Below are positions 38,635-46,983 of a stretch of 64,000 bases of DNA, piece after piece. Location of the stretch: positions 1 through 64,000 of IMG/VR virus record IMGVR_UViG_3300047510_001668; one strand, written 5' to 3'. The notes under the pieces are model-generated. The model searched no databases. It was given only the letters and a program-made list of their open reading frames with translations, and was not told the origin of the DNA. Positions within the stretch are counted from its first letter, which is position 1. Each line of letters starts with the position of its first letter. This DNA is from a virus. Both the position numbers and the translations under genes were made by a program.

Positions 38635-38975
38635 TAACGTGTGACCTCGGGTGTAACGGTAATGATGCCTTCAAGAACTCTTGTGACTTCACTGCCATCA
38701 CCTACAGGAGACACGATTTCCACATCATAGACATATCGTCCAGCCTTCAATGTTGATGTTTGAGCATCTGTCAATGAAATGGTTAATTCTCCTGAGGCGG
38801 GAGTTGCTGACACCACTGTGAACGCAGTGTATGACGTGGCACCATAACTCTTGCGCATTTGACTTCGTAGAGTGTATCCTGTCAGGTTCAATGCGTTTCC
38901 ATTGGCATCAGCTACTGTGATACTCAATGAGAATGTGGTGCCTTGGTCAATGACCAGATTCTTGATAGTTGCCAT
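38634..38975 (-). CDS. Ig/BppU-N-like virion protein
   Basis: Start moved to MATIKN (SD GGAG). LVIDQGTTF...LNLTGYTLRSQMRKSY...LTISLTDAQTSTLKAGRYVYDVEI...RVLEGIITVTPEVTR. Confidence 0.75.
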   Translation of the reverse strand: MATIKNLVIDQGTTFSLSITVADANGNALNLTGYTLRSQMRKSYGATSYTAFTVVSATPASGELTISLTDAQTSTLKAGRYVYDVEIVSPVGDGSEVTRVLEGIITVTPEVTR

Positions 38976-38999
38976 AGGACTCCCGGAAAATACAACCAA

Positions 39000-39019
39000 T
39001 ATTTATATGTTTATTTATA
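39000..39019 (-). promoter_or_regulatory. Tandem T4-type late promoters (TATAAATA x2)
   Basis: Copies at 39000-39007 and 39012-39019; the first is 25 nt upstream of ATG 38975. Confidence 0.75.
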
Positions 39020-39030
39020 ACTGTCAGGCG

Positions 39031-39687
39031 TTAAACTATGGCATCCCACTTTCCCAAGGGGCAGGATGCTGCAGCTAACTGTGTTTTTGTTTTCATGAAA
39101 CACCCACATTCAGTGCACCGTTCAGTTTTGGAGTCGAATTTGTCACAGAATCTACACAGTTCCAATCTACGGTATCCTTCCTTGGCAGATGCCAGTACTG
39201 GTAGTCCTTTGGCGGCATTTTTGCCTGTTTTCCAGATGTCTTTGGCTAGATTTCTGGCTTGATGGAACACAGATGGATATTCTGACAAATCCTCATGAAT
39301 GTACTGCTCGGACTTCAGAACCTGCTCTTGCATCTTCTTACCAAATTTAGCCTCGTAGTACTCCAATCCTTCTTCCATCATCTTGTACGCCGTGTCAATA
39401 TCATGTTGCACATCATCTATGCAGTTGGTGGGACCACGCCAAAATGCCACGTTCAGGTTGTTGGGAAGAAAATAGTACAGTGAATTGGTCAACACTCTAG
39501 GGAAGGGCATGGAATCCTCTTGAAAACACATGGAGAACAACCCCACTGGTCGTGGATGTTTCTGCACTTCTTCCTTCAATTTTTCATGTAACACATTGTT
39601 GTCACAGTGTTCCATCACGAAAAACAGCACAGGATGATTGGAGGTGTTGATGATGTTGGTGATTTCTTTGTTGGTGTTTGGCAGCAT
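39031..39687 (-). CDS. Thioredoxin-like N-terminal region fused to a C-terminal Cys-rich (putative Zn-binding) domain
   Basis: PVLFFVMEHC at the N-terminus without a CxxC; C-terminal CRFC...CTECGCFMKTKTQLAAASCPLGKW. Confidence 0.6.
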   Translation of the reverse strand: MLPNTNKEITNIINTSNHPVLFFVMEHCDNNVLHEKLKEEVQKHPRPVGLFSMCFQEDSMPFPRVLTNSLYYFLPNNLNVAFWRGPTNCIDDVQHDIDTAYKMMEEGLEYYEAKFGKKMQEQVLKSEQYIHEDLSEYPSVFHQARNLAKDIWKTGKNAAKGLPVLASAKEGYRRLELCRFCDKFDSKTERCTECGCFMKTKTQLAAASCPLGKWDAIV

Positions 39688-39688
39688 C

Positions 39689-41959
39689 TCAGTTTTCTCG
39701 ACGTTCTTCAGGTTTATAATGAGCTATTCTATTATGTAGTATGGGTGATGCCAGTAGCACAGCAGGACGAATGTTACCTTTTCTGGTTTCTTGAAAAATA
39801 TGGCTCATCCAGGTTTGTTCATAAGGATGTTCCCACGTGGTATCCAGAAACACTTTTTGATTGCCTTCTTTTCCCATAATCATGGGCCAATTGGCGTAGT
39901 ACACATCTCCTGAAGCATACAACATCCCATCAAAATAGTCAATCTTTTTGAATTCTGTTCTTGGACAATCTGGATCCAAACCTGTGATGGGTAAACTGTT
40001 GTAATCAGGCCATACACTTGTTCGAACTGCTTGAGGCACGTTGTACCAGGAACATTGAATGTAATTATCCATGAATACTTCTGTGAAAGACAGTTTCAAG
40101 TAATCAAACTTTTCCTTCTTCATGATTTTTTGCACTTTCTGCAACAATCCCGGTACATAGGTTTGTAACCCATTTCGGCAGACATTTATCACAGGGGGTT
40201 GCATTCCCATGTCATCTTCCAAAAAGATGTAGTAGTCACTATCCGACTCTTGAAAATGTTTGGCAGCTAGAAATCTTCCTCGATTGATGCCTAGATTTTC
40301 ATGTGTGATGATGTGTTCAAATCCATATTGTTCACATATCTTCTTGTTTTCCTGTCTTGCTTCTTCATTGGTGGAATTGTCAATCAGGATTTTCCTGGTG
40401 CTGTTCAACCATTCTGGATGTTTTTCATACGTGGATAGCGTATGACGAACCTGTTCAGGGAAATTGAAAGTCAACATGTACAAGGACAATTTCGTGTTGG
40501 ACAAGTCTAAATTCACAGGAGCGAATTTTTTTCGTTTCACTGGAACCGGTTCCAACACCACATTGTCATCAATGACATTTTGTACAAACTTCACAACCAA
40601 TCCATTACCATCTAATGCATATCGACGATACTTCTCAGGATGAAGATAGGACATAATGGTGAATACACTTTCTTCAGTTCCCAAATAGCCTTGATTGATG
40701 CTGCTGGACAATAGTGAGTAGTAGGTGCTATTGGCTTCTCGTATGATGTCTTTATGACCCCCAAATAATCCCCCTCGACATACGTAATTCACAGAGGCAT
40801 CTGACATCTTGTTCATTCCCTTGATGTCGAACCCATGAATTTCTGTATTGGTTTCATACGGATAGGATAGAAACAGGAAAGGATACAAATACATTTCCAA
40901 TTTTTCAAAGAAGTTGCTTTCTGTGAACAGTTTCCCATGTACTGTTTGTGTGATACCTGCGTCCAACCAGATGAAGTAGTCAGTGCTGAAAGGATTCCAA
41001 CACACGCTATCATGCAGAAGAAACATCTTGCTCATCACGATGGGGTTGTAATATTCCAGGGTGGCTTGAGGAGAATTTTTCAACCAACCATGCTCACCGG
41101 TTTGATTCACCCATTTTTCACTGGTTCTGATGGATTGCAATTTATCCCAGAATGGAGAAAACAAATTTTTCACATCATCTAGATTGAAAACTTTAATCAG
41201 TGTGTTGGCAGGATTTCTCCGTTCACGAACAAAATTTTCAAATTGTTCAGGAACAAACACAATCATGTTTTCATCACACTCCAGAAGATGGCTGAAATGT
41301 TCTAGATAATGTTCTGCGTTTCTTCCTGGGCGTTGAATGTCCCATAATCCTGTGACCACAGTGACGTTTTTTCTGTCGCTCTTGTATATCACCACATGAT
41401 TTCCTAGATTTTCCACTCTATGACCTAATGTAAACGCTTCAAATTCTTCCTTGTATTCAATGAACAATTCTTCAGTGCCTGGATATCCTCCAATGTCCTC
41501 AATCACATAGATGCCACCAGGATTCAATCTAGCCCATAAATTTTTCAAGGTTTTCATTTGGTACTTTGGGTCATGATTACCATCATCTATGATGATGTCA
41601 AAACGTAAATGGCTTAGATGATTTTGACATAGCATTTCATTGGATGAATCAAACAGAAGGGTTGTGATTCTGTTTTCTGAAAACATGCAATCATCGGCAA
41701 TGTCCACACCATACACGTGCGCATTAGAGAAATAATCTCTCCATACACGCAAAGACCCTCCTGGGGTGTAGTGACTGTAGTGTTGGGTGTTGCCTTGAAA
41801 ACTACTAGGATGTTCAGGATTCAATGTGCCTATCCCAATTTCCAAGATGGCTTTCACATTGGTTTTTATAGGTTCGAAAATTCTGGAATAGGTACGAGTG
41901 TAACCACTTAATGATTTATCCGTCCCGTATTTCTCCACCAATTCAATTAAGTTGCTCAT
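39689..41959 (-). CDS. Triple fusion: SAM-dependent (sugar O-)methyltransferase + HtrL/WlaTC-like domain + GT-A domain
   Basis: YGTDKS...ILEIGIG...FDIIIDDGNH...GGIYVIEDI; VTVVTGLWDI...YFIWLDAGI...GGLFGG...GTEES; LYMLTFN...LIDNST...YYIFLEDD. Confidence 0.8.
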   Translation of the reverse strand: MSNLIELVEKYGTDKSLSGYTRTYSRIFEPIKTNVKAILEIGIGTLNPEHPSSFQGNTQHYSHYTPGGSLRVWRDYFSNAHVYGVDIADDCMFSENRITTLLFDSSNEMLCQNHLSHLRFDIIIDDGNHDPKYQMKTLKNLWARLNPGGIYVIEDIGGYPGTEELFIEYKEEFEAFTLGHRVENLGNHVVIYKSDRKNVTVVTGLWDIQRPGRNAEHYLEHFSHLLECDENMIVFVPEQFENFVRERRNPANTLIKVFNLDDVKNLFSPFWDKLQSIRTSEKWVNQTGEHGWLKNSPQATLEYYNPIVMSKMFLLHDSVCWNPFSTDYFIWLDAGITQTVHGKLFTESNFFEKLEMYLYPFLFLSYPYETNTEIHGFDIKGMNKMSDASVNYVCRGGLFGGHKDIIREANSTYYSLLSSSINQGYLGTEESVFTIMSYLHPEKYRRYALDGNGLVVKFVQNVIDDNVVLEPVPVKRKKFAPVNLDLSNTKLSLYMLTFNFPEQVRHTLSTYEKHPEWLNSTRKILIDNSTNEEARQENKKICEQYGFEHIITHENLGINRGRFLAAKHFQESDSDYYIFLEDDMGMQPPVINVCRNGLQTYVPGLLQKVQKIMKKEKFDYLKLSFTEVFMDNYIQCSWYNVPQAVRTSVWPDYNSLPITGLDPDCPRTEFKKIDYFDGMLYASGDVYYANWPMIMGKEGNQKVFLDTTWEHPYEQTWMSHIFQETRKGNIRPAVLLASPILHNRIAHYKPEERREN

Positions 41960-43578
41960 GATTGTATTTTTCTGAAGTAGTAGTGTTCAATAATTAAACT
42001 ATCCAACTGTGTTTTCTCTAAAATCGTGAAGGCATCTTGCACTGTGGATAATATAGGTTTTCCATCCACGTTGAATGAGGTGTTCAACAATACTCCTATA
42101 CCTGTTTGTTTCTCAAACTCAGTTAACAAATCATATAACCAAGGATTCTGTTCCCTGGTCACAGTTTGCACACGAGCGGTGCCATCCACATGTGTGATGG
42201 CTGACAGCTTTTCCTTCCATTCCTCACGTACCTGAGGACAGAAGGACATCCATCTGGATTCTTTGTCCCACTGAAAATATTTGTTCACATCCTCCAGACG
42301 AACCACAGGTGCGAAAGGACGATACCATTCTCTGTGTTTCACTTTGGCATTCAGAATATCCTTCATCATGGGGATGGATGGGTTACATATGATGCTTCTG
42401 TTTCCTAATGCACGTGGTCCGTGTTCCGACCTCCCACGAGCTACACCTATAATTTTACCTTGAACCAACTCATTTACGATGTCCACATCATCCAGAAAGT
42501 GGGAAGTGAATCTGACATTGCTGTTTTGTATATAGTAAGAAAGATTGTCCAAGTCCAACAATTCAGTTCCTGAATAGGTGGTGTCCGCGGCGTGTACGGG
42601 TTTCATGTGATTCAACAAAATACCTAGCGCCACACCACAGTCATTAGGATCAGGACCCACGAACACATCTCGGTGGAATTCTTCTACTAACCGCGTGTTC
42701 AGCAATATGTTCAGACCACAACCGCCAGTCATGCCAATCGGTAATGTGGGATATTCTTCCATGAAGGGAACAGCCACCTCCAGGAAACTATCCTCAAATG
42801 CACGTTGGGACGTGGCTGCTATGTCCCAGGCTAACTGACCTTCCAAACGTTCAGTGGTGGTGAATTTCACTCCTATCTTCTCACCTAACTCATCCACGTG
42901 AGTTTGAAAGTTCAGCCCATCTAAATTGGACTTGTAGAATTCCATGAATGCAGGCATCCACACCTGATTAACCACACCATAGGAAGAAAGACCCATCAAT
43001 TTACCAGGATACACCAGATTACCATCACCCAAACATTCAAACTTGATGTCTTTCAGATAGTTGCCTAGTGCCATGTATGGGAACCCTAAATCATAATAGA
43101 CATGAGTGCTATCTATGTTGGGATTGTTGACTTGTTTCAGTAGTTTCGGTGACTCACCACGAACACAGTAATAGATGTTGAACTTGCCATCATTGCCTCC
43201 TCCATCAAAAGAAAACACCAACATTTCTTGATGAGGTGATTGATAGAAACAACCAGCAGCATGTCCTTGATGATGCAAACAATGAATGTAGTTTTTTGCA
43301 GGAATGAATTGTTCCAACTGATGTTTTTCATAGATGATGACATCAGAATTCAAATAATAGCAGTTTTCAAATTGTTCTATGCCAAGCTTGTTCATGATCC
43401 ATTTAGGAATGAACTCGGCGTAAAACAACAGGTCCTCAGTTTTAGGACACTTGTATTGTGCCAACCCGCTGTTTTTGTAATTCAGAAAACGTTCCAGTTC
43501 CAACACCATAAGGATTTCATTGTTTTCTTCCACCACGTATGCGGCGTTATGGGAACCGTAAAAAGAAATATTGGCCAT
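41956..43578 (-). CDS. O-carbamoyltransferase, NodU/CmcH/TobZ family
   Basis: Start moved to MANISFYGSHNA. ELERF, HHQGHAA, FDGGG, GKLMGLSSYG, GGCGLN, EHGPRALGNRSI, KHREWYRPFAP, HVDGTARVQTV, LNTSFN. Confidence 0.93.
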   Translation of the reverse strand: MANISFYGSHNAAYVVEENNEILMVLELERFLNYKNSGLAQYKCPKTEDLLFYAEFIPKWIMNKLGIEQFENCYYLNSDVIIYEKHQLEQFIPAKNYIHCLHHQGHAAGCFYQSPHQEMLVFSFDGGGNDGKFNIYYCVRGESPKLLKQVNNPNIDSTHVYYDLGFPYMALGNYLKDIKFECLGDGNLVYPGKLMGLSSYGVVNQVWMPAFMEFYKSNLDGLNFQTHVDELGEKIGVKFTTTERLEGQLAWDIAATSQRAFEDSFLEVAVPFMEEYPTLPIGMTGGCGLNILLNTRLVEEFHRDVFVGPDPNDCGVALGILLNHMKPVHAADTTYSGTELLDLDNLSYYIQNSNVRFTSHFLDDVDIVNELVQGKIIGVARGRSEHGPRALGNRSIICNPSIPMMKDILNAKVKHREWYRPFAPVVRLEDVNKYFQWDKESRWMSFCPQVREEWKEKLSAITHVDGTARVQTVTREQNPWLYDLLTEFEKQTGIGVLLNTSFNVDGKPILSTVQDAFTILEKTQLDSLIIEHYYFRKIQS

Positions 43579-43580
43579 GG

Positions 43581-44492
43581 TTACACTAGAGGCTTCAAAA
43601 AGAAGTGAGAGAAGGAAATTTGACCTGGTTGAAACGCGTTGGTCCAATCTTCATGATAGAACGTATCAAACACCCAATTTTTGAACCAGGTTCTGTGTGT
43701 AGCATTCACATAGGCCATGATGGACTGGTCACTACACACTTCATTAGCAGACAACACCTGTTCTATAACATTTTCACATGTGTTCAAGTATGGAAGCAGT
43801 TTCTCGGAAGACCCTCCAAAAAATCCTCCCACAGGGTGAGTGGACTGATAATCTACATTTATATTCAATATTTTATTGAAATTTGCAGGTGAATCATCTG
43901 ACGTAGCTCGACAGAGATTTATGATGCCATCACCTGCATACTGATTGATACCATCCAATACACTGGGAGTGAATGCCTGGTCATAATGATACACTTTGTA
44001 TTCGTTATCTTGGAAATTTTGCGGATAATGCGGGAACTCAAGCTCACTTCCATACCGACTAGAAAATGATGGAAACAATCCTGTGTGTGATAATCCAGAA
44101 TCAATCCAATACATCATGGTGTTAGGCTTATGTTCCATGCCTAGGAATAGAAATTTCATCCAGTACACCACTGTGGGCCTTGTATAGAATCCCACAGCTT
44201 CTGGACTGTTGTATTTTTCTTTCTTACTGGTACGTATGGCGTACACCCGGTCTTGGTATGGATTGTTTTCCAATTCATAGATTTTGATGGACAAATTCTG
44301 TAAGTTGAATGTTTCTTTCAATTCCACCAATTGATTGTATCCTCTATCACCTGGATCTGTGTAGCACACGATTTCTCCCATGTTACTGATGGTTGCCAGA
44401 GAATATTTGTACCATCGGTCGCGGTTCACCTGACCCCAAAAGGGCTCCCCTGCGTGGAACGGATAGTAAGAAGTTACCAGTTTTGTTTTCAT
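43581..44492 (-). CDS. HtrL/WlaTC-like putative glycosyltransferase
   Basis: KLVTSYY...YWIDSGLSH...VGGFFGGS...SDQSIM pattern parallels the middle domain of 39689..41959. Confidence 0.6.
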   Translation of the reverse strand: MKTKLVTSYYPFHAGEPFWGQVNRDRWYKYSLATISNMGEIVCYTDPGDRGYNQLVELKETFNLQNLSIKIYELENNPYQDRVYAIRTSKKEKYNSPEAVGFYTRPTVVYWMKFLFLGMEHKPNTMMYWIDSGLSHTGLFPSFSSRYGSELEFPHYPQNFQDNEYKVYHYDQAFTPSVLDGINQYAGDGIINLCRATSDDSPANFNKILNINVDYQSTHPVGGFFGGSSEKLLPYLNTCENVIEQVLSANEVCSDQSIMAYVNATHRTWFKNWVFDTFYHEDWTNAFQPGQISFSHFFLKPLV

Positions 44493-45727
44493 AGTTTGTG
44501 TTCTATCCGTTCAGCCCATCCTCGAGATTCACTATAGGCCCACGCCACCATTCGTTTTGGTTCTTTTTCAAAATACTGAAAATATTCTTCATAGTGAACA
44601 GGAATGTTCTGTGTTAAAAAAAGTTGTAGTTGATGTCCTTCAATGCTCTTAGTATGGACAGCTTTACCATCTTCATCATCAAATGCCACTAGGATGGATT
44701 TATAATCATCCGCTGGCAATTCATTTCTATTTATTGTGACTAGATGATAGAAAGATTTAGACCAGGGACTATCAGCAGGAGTGGGAGGATATCCATTATG
44801 TAATGTGTGCTTCTGTACCGATTTATTTTTAAAATTCACACCTGCATAGGCTTCATAATCTTCAATGGTTCTGGCCGTGCCTAAATCATATCCAGACAAA
44901 TCAAATCCATTGTCTTCCACTCGGAACAATTGGCGAATTTTTGCTCGAGCAATGTTCTGTTTTTCACCCCAATTCACACCCAATTTACTATCATCATCCC
45001 ACTTCAATTTTCCAGCACGTTCTTCTCTCATGGTGGAATGCCATATCACCAACTTATGAGGATGAAACATGTCATACCCATGTGTGTATGAACGCACCGT
45101 CAGATTGATTTCTTCACCACTGAAGTAGATGTCTGGGTCATGGAGAATTTCCTTGGCCCACTCACTTCGCGCAAAACAGAAATGTCCGGATAGAAATCTA
45201 CTCATGGGAGGTTCCGTCATGGTCTCCCAGCCGTGTAACAATGAGGGTCTGATGAAAATGGTACCATGGGGATAAAAACATGCAAATTGTTGTTGCCATG
45301 GCTCCATGGACCTGCCATCTGGATCATTGAATGGGTCATACAATGGGAGATAGGCTGCTAGAATAGGTTTGTGCCCTTTCTGTTCCAGTTGTTGATGCAT
45401 GTCAATCAACGTTTCATCCCAATGTTTAGCGAACCGATGATGAGAATCCAACTGTAGAATGTAATCCTGGTCAGTCAACAACTTCTCATTGATTTGAGCG
45501 CGCGCCCAAGGGAGCCCTTGTGCTTCTGTGTACAACACATCCATGATATGAAATCTGGCATCATTTCGATATTCATCTAGATTGTCGAATCCATCCTCAG
45601 GATGATATTGTCTGCAAATACCAAAATGCACTCTGTCCGGATGTTTAGCCTTGTTCAATGCATCTTGAATGGTGGGGACCAGCTCAGGATCCCGATAGGC
45701 AGGGAGGTGTAATAGTATAGTTTTCAT
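44489..45727 (-). CDS. GT60/Gnt1-like polypeptide alpha-GlcNAc transferase, paralogue 2
   Basis: Start moved to MKTILLH (ATGA overlap). AYRDPEL, VHFGICRQ, AQGLPWARAQI, LQLDSHHRF, FLSGHFCF, DPDIYFSGEEINLTVRSYTHGYDMFHP. Confidence 0.85.
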   Translation of the reverse strand: MKTILLHLPAYRDPELVPTIQDALNKAKHPDRVHFGICRQYHPEDGFDNLDEYRNDARFHIMDVLYTEAQGLPWARAQINEKLLTDQDYILQLDSHHRFAKHWDETLIDMHQQLEQKGHKPILAAYLPLYDPFNDPDGRSMEPWQQQFACFYPHGTIFIRPSLLHGWETMTEPPMSRFLSGHFCFARSEWAKEILHDPDIYFSGEEINLTVRSYTHGYDMFHPHKLVIWHSTMREERAGKLKWDDDSKLGVNWGEKQNIARAKIRQLFRVEDNGFDLSGYDLGTARTIEDYEAYAGVNFKNKSVQKHTLHNGYPPTPADSPWSKSFYHLVTINRNELPADDYKSILVAFDDEDGKAVHTKSIEGHQLQLFLTQNIPVHYEEYFQYFEKEPKRMVAWAYSESRGWAERIEHKL

Positions 45728-46950
45728 AATGTACCTTTGATGGGGTCCAACCAACCGTTGGAATGAGTCTGTGGCCATACCACCCAGGATTTGGCTTCCA
45801 CATTGGAGTAGAATTTTCTCCAGATTTGCACGAATTTATTTTCTGGATCCTGAGTCATGATTCGATGTATTTCTTCAGGTGAGGCATCTTCTCGGTGTAT
45901 TTCATTACCTTCTGCATCTTTAAATGCCACAGCCCAACAAATGTAATCTTTTTCAGATACACTAGGACGGTAGACATCTATGCAGTATTTCTTGTATCCA
46001 GATAACTGAGCTTCATAATTTTCCAAAGGCGTGGGAGGATTCTTCTCTTCCACTGTGTGTTTATGAACACGCCGAGTAAGAAATTCAATACCAGCATATC
46101 TTTCATACTCTTGTAATGTTCTACTAGTTCCTAATCCATAGGTTTCAATAGGCGTGGCAGGTTCATCCACACCCAACAATTTTCTGTTTCGTTCTTTAGC
46201 CTTTTTGTCCTTCTCTGACCAGTTGTTGTCAGCCCAATGTTTGGACTTGTCCTTTCTGGTGTATTCATGCCATATGTACACCTTGTGTGGGTGAAACAAA
46301 TCATACCCATGAGTATAGGCACGCACAGCCAAAGAGATTTCCTCCCCATGAAAATAGTATTCTGGGTCATAAGGAACGTTTGTACAAAATTCACCTAAAG
46401 TGAAAATGTAATGTGCTGAAAGAAACCTGGCTGGGATGGGGGCGTGTAGCTGTGTATGATTTGGTATCGTGCCAGGTGTGAAATGCACCACGCCATCAGG
46501 TGCAAATCTATCGAAATTCAATTTCCAAGGTTCTTGGCCTCGTTCTTCCTTGCCTGGTGTGTAGGCGGTGGCGTAGGCAGTCAACAACGGTTTCTCATGG
46601 CCGCTGGATTGCAAGCCTTGCAACATCTTCACCAACTTGATGTCCCAGTGTTTGTCAAATCTATGGTGAGAATCCAACTGGAGATAGTAGGTTTCACCTT
46701 GATACAATTTCTGCATCTCATGACGGGCCCAACACACACCCTGGGACAACTTGTAGTCCACATCCACAATTTTGAATTGTGGATGATTCCTGTATTCTTC
46801 TATGGTGTCCCAGGTGTCCTCTGCGGCATGTTGCCACATGATGCCAAAATGCAGCCGTTCTGGAAAAGCTGCTTGTTCCAAACAATTTTTTATGGTAGCC
46901 AACAATTCAGGGTCACGGTAGGCAGCAATGGCAATGAATATTGTGTTCAT
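45724..46950 (-). CDS. GT60/Gnt1-like polypeptide alpha-GlcNAc transferase, paralogue 1
   Basis: TIFIAIAAYRDPEL, LHFGIMWQ, SQGVCWAR, YLQLDSHHRF, FLSAHYIF, VPYDPEYYFHGEEISLAVRAYTHGYDLFHP. Confidence 0.88.
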   Translation of the reverse strand: MNTIFIAIAAYRDPELLATIKNCLEQAAFPERLHFGIMWQHAAEDTWDTIEEYRNHPQFKIVDVDYKLSQGVCWARHEMQKLYQGETYYLQLDSHHRFDKHWDIKLVKMLQGLQSSGHEKPLLTAYATAYTPGKEERGQEPWKLNFDRFAPDGVVHFTPGTIPNHTQLHAPIPARFLSAHYIFTLGEFCTNVPYDPEYYFHGEEISLAVRAYTHGYDLFHPHKVYIWHEYTRKDKSKHWADNNWSEKDKKAKERNRKLLGVDEPATPIETYGLGTSRTLQEYERYAGIEFLTRRVHKHTVEEKNPPTPLENYEAQLSGYKKYCIDVYRPSVSEKDYICWAVAFKDAEGNEIHREDASPEEIHRIMTQDPENKFVQIWRKFYSNVEAKSWVVWPQTHSNGWLDPIKGTL

Positions 46951-46975
46951 ACATCCTCATAGTATCATTTTCAAT

Positions 46976-46983
46976 TATTTATA
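46976..46983 (-). promoter_or_regulatory. T4-type late promoter (TATAAATA) heading the glycosylation cluster
   Basis: Exact motif 26 nt upstream of ATG 46950. Confidence 0.75.

Noticed and set aside
2109-45778. ORF-track start sites at 5597, 13041, 36737, 38999, 43647 and 45778
   Set aside because: Downstream ATGs (5516, 13023, 36731, 38975, 43578, 45727) give stop/start coupling or SD support and remove long overlaps.
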